Shown here piece after piece: positions 22,314-30,497 of a stretch of 64,000 bases of DNA; the first letter of the stretch is position 1; each line of letters opens with the position of its first letter. The position numbers were made by a program, and so were the translations under genes. The notes beneath the pieces are model-generated. The model saw only the letters and a program-made list of their open reading frames with translations. It was not told the DNA's origin and did not search any database. Where the stretch lies: the NCBI GenBank assembly GCA_045640185.1, contig JAZUEN010000033.1, positions 26,882-90,881 of the forward strand. The letters are read 5' to 3'. The stretch is from Bacteroidales bacterium. Its GTDB lineage: Bacteria > Bacteroidota > Bacteroidia > Bacteroidales > SZUA-534.

Positions 22314-23033
22314 TTACATTTCAGCAAGGTCGCGAATCACTTTTGACGCGCAGTATATGCCGAACAATGCAGGCATATATGATATTGTGCCAACTGTCGA
22401 TTTCTTGTTTTCCTCGTCATCGACTTCAATTACTGACGATTTGTCAACCAATTCGGATGAGAATACTACGTTTACGCCTTTGTCGATTCCCTTGCGGTGC
22501 AAACGCTTGCGAATCGTTTTTGCAAGTTTGCAGTTGTAAGTCTTGCTGATGTCGGCAATCTGGAGTTTGGTTGGGTCGACTCGTCCACCGGCGCCCATGC
22601 AACTGATGATTTTGTGACCTAATTCAACGCAGTGGCAAATAAGGAATACTTTAGGTGATATGGTATCGATAGCATCAACTACGTAATCGTATTTGTTGTC
22701 AAGTAGTTGACGCATTCTTTCGTCTTTTATGAACTCATCAATGACTGTCAAGTCAATATCAGGGTTGATGTCGCGTAGGCGCTCTGCCATAATTTCGGCT
22801 TTCGACCTTCCTATTTGGCTGTGGAGAGCCAGAAGTTGTCGGTTGATGTTGGTCTCGTTCACAACGTCGCCGTCGACAATGGTCATATGGCCAATGCCGG
22901 CACGGGCAATCATTTCGGCGGAGTAGGCGCCGACTCCACCTAATCCGACTACAAGCACGTGCTTTTTGCTCAATTTTTCAATTGATTCATTGCCAATCAA
23001 AAGCGTTGTACGTTCTAACCAACTGTTGTCCAT
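22314..23033 (-). CDS. tcdA: tRNA threonylcarbamoyladenosine dehydratase (ThiF/E1-like, TcdA/CsdL)
   Basis: 239 aa with the GLGGVGAY nucleotide-binding loop and ThiF-family layout. Confidence 0.8.
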   Translation of the reverse strand: MDNSWLERTTLLIGNESIEKLSKKHVLVVGLGGVGAYSAEMIARAGIGHMTIVDGDVVNETNINRQLLALHSQIGRSKAEIMAERLRDINPDIDLTVIDEFIKDERMRQLLDNKYDYVVDAIDTISPKVFLICHCVELGHKIISCMGAGGRVDPTKLQIADISKTYNCKLAKTIRKRLHRKGIDKGVNVVFSSELVDKSSVIEVDDEENKKSTVGTISYMPALFGIYCASKVIRDLAEM

Positions 23034-23686
23034 TTCTCACCGAATATTTTTATCAGGTTGCTGAATGTTGTTTGTTTGAGTTCGTCAATATCTACATTCA
23101 TGATGCTTGCGGCAAAGTTATAAATGTTGTCGATAGGAATGTCGTCGTTGTCGGTTTCAAAAAAGATGCGGTCAGAGTTTGCATTTGCCAATGACGATTG
23201 AGCATCTTTGCTGGTGAGTAGGCGTTTGCCGAAGGAGAAAAAGACATTGTGTCTTTCCAATTGGTGCATTGTGGTGCGGTTCCCTGCGTAGCCGTGGAGG
23301 ATTAACGGGATTGTCGGCTTTTTGCTGTTCAGTATCTGCAAAATGTCGGAGTGGGCTTTGACGCAGTGGATGATGGCAGGCAACCCATTTATTTGTGCAA
23401 TTTGCAGTTGTTGTGTGAATATTTCCGCTTGCGTTTTTGCGTCGGCTTCAGTGCAGTGGTCGAGGCCTATTTCCCCAATGGCGGAAATGATGCCAGTGCT
23501 GCACCATTCGTGCAGAGTCTCAATTGCTTGCAAATGATTGCATTTGCCAATGTCCCAAGGGTGTAAGCCAGCCGAAACAAATCTGTTTGTGGGCCTTTCG
23601 GCAAAATCATTCCAGTTGAGGAGTTCAATGCAGGTGCCCGTAGCTTTGTGCGTGTGGATATTGACAAATGATGCCGTTGGATTCAT
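23015..23686 (-). CDS. TatD-family metal-dependent hydrolase
   Basis: 223 aa with NIHTH, GEIGLD and IIHC motifs. It overlaps tcdA by 19 nt. Confidence 0.8.
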   Translation of the reverse strand: MNPTASFVNIHTHKATGTCIELLNWNDFAERPTNRFVSAGLHPWDIGKCNHLQAIETLHEWCSTGIISAIGEIGLDHCTEADAKTQAEIFTQQLQIAQINGLPAIIHCVKAHSDILQILNSKKPTIPLILHGYAGNRTTMHQLERHNVFFSFGKRLLTSKDAQSSLANANSDRIFFETDNDDIPIDNIYNFAASIMNVDIDELKQTTFSNLIKIFGEKWTTVG

Positions 23687-24073
23687 CTACAGATACTTGT
23701 CAAGTTCAGGTGAGCGGGAGAGCTTCCCGTTGTCGAGTATGGTGGCTGTGAAGGTCGCTTCTGCGCACAATTCGCGGTTTGGCAAAAGAAATATTTTCTG
23801 GTAGAACATTATCTTGAAACCGTCGCGTTCGGCATTGCACGTAACTACGAATTCATCGCGACTGTGAAGTGGCCGTTTGTACCTTATGTCGGCTCGTGCG
23901 ATTACCACATAAATTTTCTTTTCAACAAGTTCGGCAAAGTTCAAGCCACGTTCTATGAACATCTCGTGGCGTGTGTGTTCAAAGTAATGTTGATATACGG
24001 CATTGTTTACTATGCCCTCCAGGTCGCATTCATAATCGCGAACTTTAAATGTCAATTCGTAGTTGTTTCCCAT
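23687..24073 (-). CDS. Hotdog-fold acyl-CoA thioesterase (YbgC/4HBT-like)
   Basis: 128 aa. VRDYECDLEGIVNNAVYQHYFEHTRHE matches the 4HBT pattern. Its stop codon abuts the tatD start codon. Confidence 0.75.
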   Translation of the reverse strand: MGNNYELTFKVRDYECDLEGIVNNAVYQHYFEHTRHEMFIERGLNFAELVEKKIYVVIARADIRYKRPLHSRDEFVVTCNAERDGFKIMFYQKIFLLPNRELCAEATFTATILDNGKLSRSPELDKYL

Positions 24074-24112
24074 AGTGTTTTGTGTGTTTTTTGTTTTTTC
24101 TTCACAAAAAGC

Positions 24113-24288
24113 TTACCAAAATTCAACTTTTTCTGCCTATCGTTTGCAATAGCGTAAAGTTTAGATTCATAACAATTTAAATTAGTTAATTATTGTTAAT
24201 CTGCAACTACGCAAACGTTCGAATGAAATTGATTTTTAATTACTTGTGAATATCTTAAATACATTTGCAACGCAAAAGGGAATTAAAC
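24113..24288 (+). repeat. Left copy of a duplicated promoter-bearing module (paralog of 30302-30477)
   Basis: Ungapped alignment of 24138-24267 with 30327-30456 gives 78/130 identities. Three motifs keep the same offsets in both copies: TATCGTTTGC (24138), GCAAACGTT (24211) and -7 box TACATTTG (24260). Confidence 0.7.
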
Positions 24289-24378
24289 GGGTTTGATTCC
24301 GTCATGCTTTGAAGTTTAGTGGTTATTACGTGGTATATAGTTGTGGGCGAGTTTGCTGAATGGCGGCTCGCTTTTTTT
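24274..24378 (+). ncRNA. Candidate small RNA or 3' antisense transcript (hypothetical)
   Basis: Predicted start is about 7 nt after the -7 box at 24260-24267. There is no ORF. The region ends in a weak hairpin (GGGCGAG...CTCGC, 15-nt loop) followed by a T7 run that overlaps the stop codon of the convergent TauE-like gene. Confidence 0.25.
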
Positions 24379-24748
24379 ATTTGTCGAAGAACATCATCTT
24401 GATGGCAACAACGAACAGCAATATGCTGAAACATTTCTTGACAATGTGTTCAGGCAGCCCAATGGCTATTTTTGACGATATGTAACTGCCAATCATAAAG
24501 GCGGCCATAATTACAAGCGCGGCCTTCACATCCACAAATCCGGCTTTGTAATAATTGATTACTGCAAAAATGCTGATGGGAGGCAACATTATGGCCAGGC
24601 TTGTGGCTACCGACTGCTGTTGCGTGAAGCCTAACAGATATACCATGGCAGGAACCATGATGATTCCACCGCCAATTCCTAAAATGCCTGATATGATGCC
24701 GGTTACGACTCCGACCAATATCAGCGCGAAAAACATTCCGGTTGACAT
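24377..24748 (-). CDS. Half-size TauE/SafE-family anion exporter (4 TM)
   Basis: 123 aa with 4 predicted TM helices and the GILGIGGGIIMVP motif of the TauE/SafE family. Confidence 0.65.
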   Translation of the reverse strand: MSTGMFFALILVGVVTGIISGILGIGGGIIMVPAMVYLLGFTQQQSVATSLAIMLPPISIFAVINYYKAGFVDVKAALVIMAAFMIGSYISSKIAIGLPEHIVKKCFSILLFVVAIKMMFFDK

Positions 24749-24767
24749 GCTATTGAATTTTTTCTTG

Positions 24768-24775
24768 CAAAGATA
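24768..24775 (-). promoter_or_regulatory. -7 promoter box (minus strand)
   Basis: The plus strand reads CAAAGATA (TATCTTTG on the minus strand), 20 nt upstream of ATG 24748. Confidence 0.5.
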
Positions 24776-24889
24776 TCATTTTGCACCAATGACAAGCATG
24801 CCGGAATATGGGCAGACAGCCATTTTGTATGAAAAAATACAGAAACAAAAATCGGCCGACATCAAACATTTTGGCATATTTTAGCGGTA

Positions 24890-25684
24890 ATGAAACGTGG
24901 TAGGCAAAATATTGGCTTTAAGCTGAAGTTGGGAGTCGTCGCAGTGTCGTTGGTAATGCCAATGGTAGGCGCGCTGACTGGCCTGTATTATGGCTTTTTC
25001 ATTGCTGAGACAGATTATCCTTTGCTATGGCCATTGGTTTTTGCCATGTTTGGGGTGGCGCTCGATGCCATTTGCATAAACGGCAAGGTGTTCAGTTTCT
25101 TCTTCTATAAGCTCCCTATTCCTACACTTTTGTCGATAATGGCCTATGAGGCGTCGTCGTTTTTCACAACGCGGCTAGTGTCGGTCTGTTTCGGGATAGG
25201 AGGCTTGGCGTTGGGCATACTTATCGACTTTGTGCTGATAGCGCCGAAACCATTTTATCTGGCACGAAAGCGTGTGTTGATAGTAGTATATGTGCTTATG
25301 TCGATGTTGCTGTTGGGAGTGATGCTGGGCGTGCCCATATCTAATTTCATACTAGGCATTTTGGCGGGCAATTACTACTCGTTGCGGTACTCTGGCGCGG
25401 TGTTGAGCAAGGAGAGGCTTCGGCATAATTTGCGCTCGGTCACGGCATTTGCAACGTTGGTGCTGCTTGTGTCGGAAGTGCCATTTGGCTGGCTCATTTG
25501 GCAAGACAAGGCAAACGTCTTGGACTATCTGTTCCAAGTCACGGGAATGACATTCTCGACAGGACACTTGCTGTTGGGCATAATAGGATTTGGCACTTTG
25601 GCAGTAGCCGTTCAGTTCATGCTTGCCTATATGACGGCAAAAATCATGTACCGCTACCGTGTATGCTCAAATAATGTTGCATGA
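24890..25684 (+). CDS. Polytopic membrane protein of unknown function
   Basis: 264 aa with about 7-8 hydrophobic helices. I recognise no family motif. Confidence 0.55.
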   Translation: MKRGRQNIGFKLKLGVVAVSLVMPMVGALTGLYYGFFIAETDYPLLWPLVFAMFGVALDAICINGKVFSFFFYKLPIPTLLSIMAYEASSFFTTRLVSVCFGIGGLALGILIDFVLIAPKPFYLARKRVLIVVYVLMSMLLLGVMLGVPISNFILGILAGNYYSLRYSGAVLSKERLRHNLRSVTAFATLVLLVSEVPFGWLIWQDKANVLDYLFQVTGMTFSTGHLLLGIIGFGTLAVAVQFMLAYMTAKIMYRYRVCSNNVA

Positions 25685-25800
25685 TTGCGTAAGGCGAATT
25701 GCTGCAACAAAATGTTTTTTTTTGTTGGTGTCTGCCAAATGTTTTCGTAACTTGTACATGTTAATTGCCCGAAGAATGGGGCATAAAATCGACATTGGCC

Positions 25801-28089
25801 ATGAGCAGCACAGCATTGTTTGTTTTAGGGTTTGTATTGTTGGCAGGTGCAATCGTATACCATATTGTCACCTATAACACGGTAAAAAAAATTATCGCAA
25901 AAAAAGCCAAGTACCATTTCATGCTAAACAATCTGGATGTGGGGCTTTGCACGTACAATTGTGCGACAAAGAAGCTGGAAGACTGCAATGAAATGCTGCT
26001 CAACATGTTTGGCTATGGTGACAAAGACACCATGATGCAATCCGACATAAAGAAGATTTTTGGAGCAAGGGTTGCTGAAAGTATCGAAACCGTGCAGGAC
26101 AGTGTTGTCATGCACGAAGTGCTGACATCAAACCGATCCAAGGAAATGTTCTGGGCAAGCGTGAGCTTGAAACGTGTGCATTTTTCAGGTCACGATTTCG
26201 TCTATCTGTCGGCAAAAAACATCAATACAAAGAAGTCCTCAGATGCCAATATCGACAATTACAAGCAGATTATCAACAACGTAGTGATGGCTCAGAAATT
26301 GCTTGTATGGAAATTTAGTCCTCAGACTCAATGTTTCGATGTTGAAATAGGAAACCCGATGTGGAATAACACTACGTTTGAGAAATGTTGCAGGTTGGTG
26401 TCGCTGGACGATGTCGAAAGATTCCGTAAGGCTTTCGACGACCTTCAGAAAGGAGCAATCAACGAAGTGTCGCTAACGGTGAACATTTGGGACCCATTGG
26501 TAAGCAAGTATTCCCATTTCGAAATCATGGCGGCATCGCGGAAAGACGCTGTTGACCATGTGGATTTGATTTACGGAACGTTGAAAAACAATTCCGACAA
26601 TTTCGAGGAGATGATGCAGCTCAAGGAGTATAAAAACAAGTCGCAGATACTGCTTGACAATATGAACATATTGCAGTTCGACTATGACTGCCTGACTCGG
26701 AGCATATACTATATCGATGAAAACGGGAAATCTGAGACGCTTTCGCTTGACATGTACAAGTCGTTTGTGCATCCAGAATACAACACGGAAGCCGACAATG
26801 CCCTGTCGATAGTTGAACGGCGGGAGAACAAGACAATATCGTTCGAGGGCAAGTTCAAGATTCCTTCAAGTTCAGCTTACTGCTGGTGTGTGACGGCATG
26901 CATCCCGTTTACGCTGGATGATAGCGGCAAGGTGCTGAAGTACATAGGTTTTTGGCGGAATGACGATGACAGTTATGTCGCAATGCAGAAGTATTCGTTG
27001 CTGAAAAAGCAAGGCGAATATTCCAACAGCATTAAATCCCAAATAATCGACAAGATAATTCAAGGAACCCAGTCTTGCGTAACCGAAATTGCAAAATCCA
27101 CCAATTTGATCCTGGATACGCCGACGCTAGACATGGAACAGCATAGAAGCCTGTTCAGAAACACCTTTGAGAATAATATTGATGCACTCAAGAAGTTCAC
27201 GTCTTATTTAAGCAGATTGTCAAAGTTTGAGGGACTTGAATACGATGAAAAATCAGACATAAACGTCGGGAAGATGCTGTCAGACATTGCCGACAGTGTC
27301 AACATATGCTCATTGGCCCCCACACCAATTTGCAGATTTTCAATTCATCCTGACGATTTAATGGCAGGATTGAACGGGCGAAACATCGTCCAGATTTTAT
27401 GGCGCTATTTGCAATGTGCATTACAATTGTCGGCGGGCAAGCCGTTGCTGCTGACATGCGACTTGATTGACGATAGGCTGCTGTTCTCTGTCAAGTACGA
27501 AGGCAAGAATTTGGATGTCGACAGGTATGAAGATAATTTGGCATCTGACAATTCCGAATCCGTAAGTTCAAACATGTCGGTCTGCAAATTGCTTGCAACG
27601 CAAATGGGAGCAACTGTCGGCATGGAATCTGACAATGGAAACAGGTCGTCGTTGTGGCTAACCGTTCCGTTTGTCCCTTCTGTCAACATTGCCGATGAAA
27701 TTGTGGACGCTGAAAATCAAGAAGTTGCCATTTTGGGAAAGCCTGACGAGAGTCGGCCGGTTGTGCTGGTGATTGACGATACGGCAGGCGGAACAATGTT
27801 GTTGAATACAATGTTGTCGGTTGACTATGACACCGTATGCTGTGACGATATAGTCAAGGTAAAGGAACTGCTTGACGCACGTAAGTTTGGCGTGGCAGTC
27901 ATAAACGCCGAGATGCAGAGCATCGACAGTTTCGCATTGGTGAAATGCATAAGGGCGAAATCACCGGAAACGAGGTTGGTGGCCATCAAGCCCAACCGTT
28001 ATAGAGCAATGACTGATGCTTACGATGCCGTTGTCAATAAGCCAATCAAGCCTAGCGAGCTGAAAAAGGCGATAAATGGCAATGCGTGA
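25801..28089 (+). CDS. PAS-rich hybrid sensor-kinase-like protein with degenerate phosphorelay sites (probable pseudokinase with pseudo-receiver)
   Basis: Start re-called to ATG 25801 (the track begins at TTG 25765). The layout is one TM helix, about three PAS-like modules, a DHp-like helix, a degenerate HATPase-like region and a C-terminal receiver fold (VVLVIDD...NKPIKPSEL). Confidence 0.7.
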   Translation: MSSTALFVLGFVLLAGAIVYHIVTYNTVKKIIAKKAKYHFMLNNLDVGLCTYNCATKKLEDCNEMLLNMFGYGDKDTMMQSDIKKIFGARVAESIETVQDSVVMHEVLTSNRSKEMFWASVSLKRVHFSGHDFVYLSAKNINTKKSSDANIDNYKQIINNVVMAQKLLVWKFSPQTQCFDVEIGNPMWNNTTFEKCCRLVSLDDVERFRKAFDDLQKGAINEVSLTVNIWDPLVSKYSHFEIMAASRKDAVDHVDLIYGTLKNNSDNFEEMMQLKEYKNKSQILLDNMNILQFDYDCLTRSIYYIDENGKSETLSLDMYKSFVHPEYNTEADNALSIVERRENKTISFEGKFKIPSSSAYCWCVTACIPFTLDDSGKVLKYIGFWRNDDDSYVAMQKYSLLKKQGEYSNSIKSQIIDKIIQGTQSCVTEIAKSTNLILDTPTLDMEQHRSLFRNTFENNIDALKKFTSYLSRLSKFEGLEYDEKSDINVGKMLSDIADSVNICSLAPTPICRFSIHPDDLMAGLNGRNIVQILWRYLQCALQLSAGKPLLLTCDLIDDRLLFSVKYEGKNLDVDRYEDNLASDNSESVSSNMSVCKLLATQMGATVGMESDNGNRSSLWLTVPFVPSVNIADEIVDAENQEVAILGKPDESRPVVLVIDDTAGGTMLLNTMLSVDYDTVCCDDIVKVKELLDARKFGVAVINAEMQSIDSFALVKCIRAKSPETRLVAIKPNRYRAMTDAYDAVVNKPIKPSELKKAINGNA

Positions 28090-28149
28090 CATGATGCAAC
28101 ATGTAGCATCCATTACGCAAAATATCGGCAAAAAATCGGAGGCGCTTAT

Positions 28150-28157
28150 TATCTTTG
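28150..28157 (+). promoter_or_regulatory. -7 promoter box
   Basis: TATCTTTG (extended form TTTGCAACC), 18 nt upstream of ATG 28175. Confidence 0.5.
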
Positions 28158-28174
28158 CAACCTCGTAAAAAAAG

Positions 28175-28903
28175 ATGACAATGTCTGGTACAGCAAAAAA
28201 GAAGGGGAGAAGAAGAATAGCGTGGAGGCGAGTCTTGCCGACATTGCTAATCCCGACTCTAATAATAGTGGCAGTGGAAAAACTGCCAGACGCATTCCAT
28301 GAGCGAAAGTCGATTGATGATGTGCCCGTGCCAGAGCTTACGGCAAAGGAAATCCGTGCATTGCGCCGATATAACAACGAGTATCATCTGGAGGTGGCCA
28401 GGGCAAAAGGAATCGACAAACCCTTCAAAAACCATCAGGCAATGCTCGACGACAAGTACGGCAATATTGTGAAGTATGGACTCAGGGAAATTCAGGACAG
28501 CAAGTACTACGAGCTGCCAACATTGACCTACTCAATGCCGTATCTGAAAAAAGAAGCCTCTGATTTTCTTGACGAGCTCGGACACCGTTTCTTCCGTACG
28601 CTCAAGGAACTGGACGTGGAGAATTACAGATTCCAGCTCTCGTCGATTTTGAGAACCGAGGCCGACCAGATTGGCCTGCGCAAGACAAACATCAATGCCA
28701 CGCAAAACAAGACATCACATTATTTCGGCATGTCATTCGACATCGCGCAGACATGCTTTTATCCTCCAAAAAGCCAGGAACCTGTCTATTCATACCGCTT
28801 GCGCAACTTGCTGCTTCGTACGCTAATTGAAATGCAAGACGAAGGCCGTTGCTACATTTTGCTCGAAACACAAACCAAATGCATACACATAACAGTCCGC
28901 TAA
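28175..28903 (+). CDS. Membrane-anchored VanY/M15-like peptidase-fold protein (DUF5715-like)
   Basis: 242 aa. A basic N-terminus is followed by a TM helix. TSHYFGMSFDI fits the SxHxxGxAxD zinc-ligand motif of LD-/DD-carboxypeptidases, and there is a late CIHITV histidine. Confidence 0.5.
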   Translation: MTMSGTAKKKGRRRIAWRRVLPTLLIPTLIIVAVEKLPDAFHERKSIDDVPVPELTAKEIRALRRYNNEYHLEVARAKGIDKPFKNHQAMLDDKYGNIVKYGLREIQDSKYYELPTLTYSMPYLKKEASDFLDELGHRFFRTLKELDVENYRFQLSSILRTEADQIGLRKTNINATQNKTSHYFGMSFDIAQTCFYPPKSQEPVYSYRLRNLLLRTLIEMQDEGRCYILLETQTKCIHITVR

Positions 28904-28905
28904 TT

Positions 28906-30132
28906 ATGAAAAAGAAGTCAAAAGAGATAATCCTGTTGAATGTGTCCGGCCCAGATAAGCCAGGACAGACCGCATCTCTGACCAGCATCTTGATGCAATA
29001 CGACATCAATATTCTAGATATTGGACAGTCTGTCATTCACGACGACTTGAACCTGGGAATCCTTTTCGAGGTTCCGGAAGAGGCTGGCTCGTCGCCGATA
29101 CTGAAAGACATCCTCTTCAAGGCATACGAGCTTGGTGTGAATGTCCGGTTCACCCCAATTCCTGCAGAGCGCTATGCTGATTGGGTTGCGCATCAAGGAA
29201 AGCCAAGGTTCATTGTAACAATGATTTCTCACAGGCTGACCGCCACACATTTGGCAAGCGTCACGACAGTGATAGCGGAACAAGGTCTGAACATCGATGC
29301 CATAAGCCGATTGTCGGGACGTACGCCTATTGAGGATGCCGAGCCACAGTCGAAAGCCGTAGTTGAAGTTTCAGTCAGAGGAACTCCAACCGATCTGAAA
29401 AAGATGAAGTCGGACTTCATGAAAATATCAAGTGGCAGTGGATTGGATATCGCATTTCAGGAGGATAACGTATTCCGTCGCAACCGTAGGCTTATATGCT
29501 TCGATATGGATTCAACGCTGATTCAGACCGAAGTGATTGACGAGCTGGCGCGCCGTGCCGGGGTAGGCGATGAGGTAAGCGCCATTACCGCATCGGCGAT
29601 GCGTGGCGAAATCGACTTCCGCCAAAGTTTCCTTAAGCGCATATCGCTGCTTAAGGGCCTTGACGAAGGCGTGATGAAGGAAATTGCAGAGAAGCTCCCA
29701 ATCACTGACGGTGCGGAGCGCCTGTTCAAGACATTGAAACGATACGGCTACCGTACAGCAATACTTTCGGGTGGATTCACATATTTTGGCAATTACTTGA
29801 AAAACAAGCTCGATATCGACTATGTCTTTGCGAATGAACTTGAAATTGAGAACGGCAAGCTTACCGGCAAAAATGTCGGCGACATTGTGGATGGCGCCCG
29901 CAAGGCCGAAATCCTGAAATTGCTGGCTTTCAAGGAAGATATTCATTTGGAACAGGTGATAGCTGTGGGTGACGGTTCAAACGACTTGCCAATGTTGCAA
30001 TTGGCTGGATTGGGAATCGCTTTCCACGCCAAGCCTAAAGTGAAGGAGTCGGCGCAGCACTCAATATCAGCTGGTGGCCTTGACTCAATTTTGTACTTCC
30101 TCGGATTCCGCGACCGTGATATAAATCAGTAG
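28906..30132 (+). CDS. serB: Phosphoserine phosphatase SerB with N-terminal ACT domains
   Basis: Start re-called to ATG 28906. HAD motifs CFDMDSTL and VGDGSNDLPM follow two ACT-like modules. Confidence 0.85.
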   Translation: MKKKSKEIILLNVSGPDKPGQTASLTSILMQYDINILDIGQSVIHDDLNLGILFEVPEEAGSSPILKDILFKAYELGVNVRFTPIPAERYADWVAHQGKPRFIVTMISHRLTATHLASVTTVIAEQGLNIDAISRLSGRTPIEDAEPQSKAVVEVSVRGTPTDLKKMKSDFMKISSGSGLDIAFQEDNVFRRNRRLICFDMDSTLIQTEVIDELARRAGVGDEVSAITASAMRGEIDFRQSFLKRISLLKGLDEGVMKEIAEKLPITDGAERLFKTLKRYGYRTAILSGGFTYFGNYLKNKLDIDYVFANELEIENGKLTGKNVGDIVDGARKAEILKLLAFKEDIHLEQVIAVGDGSNDLPMLQLAGLGIAFHAKPKVKESAQHSISAGGLDSILYFLGFRDRDINQ

Positions 30133-30153
30133 GTAGTTACCCGATATAACAGG

Positions 30154-30192
30154 AACGGGCGATGTCGTTTTATGCAACATCGCCCGTTTTTT
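30154..30192 (+). terminator. Intrinsic terminator after serB
   Basis: 12-bp stem AACGGGCGATGT/ACATCGCCCGTT followed by a T run. Confidence 0.8.
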
Positions 30193-30301
30193 GCATAGAT
30201 GCGTACCATAAATGCGCTTTTGTGCAACTTTTGCGTTATTGTGCAAACGTTTTAGATAGAGGCTTGAATGTGGCTCTGCTACACGTTTTGCGACTTTTTT
30301 A

Positions 30302-30477
30302 TGACAATTATGCAAAAATCTATGCATATCGTTTGCGTTGATGCAATTCGTTGAATATTAGCCATATAAATTAATAATTTATGGTTAAATAGATTTTATG
30401 CAAACGTTGCATTAAAAAAGATTGTTGCACAGCGATAAAAGTACAACATACCTTTGTGCCGTGAAAAGAAAGTAAAG
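30302..30477 (+). repeat. Right copy of the duplicated promoter-bearing module (paralog of 24113-24288)
   Basis: TATCGTTTGC (30327), GCAAACGTT (30400) and -7 box TACCTTTG (30449-30456) lie at the same offsets (0, 73, 122) as in the left copy. ATG 30498 is 42 nt downstream of the box. Confidence 0.7.
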
Positions 30478-30497
30478 AACAATTTAAAAGACAAAAG

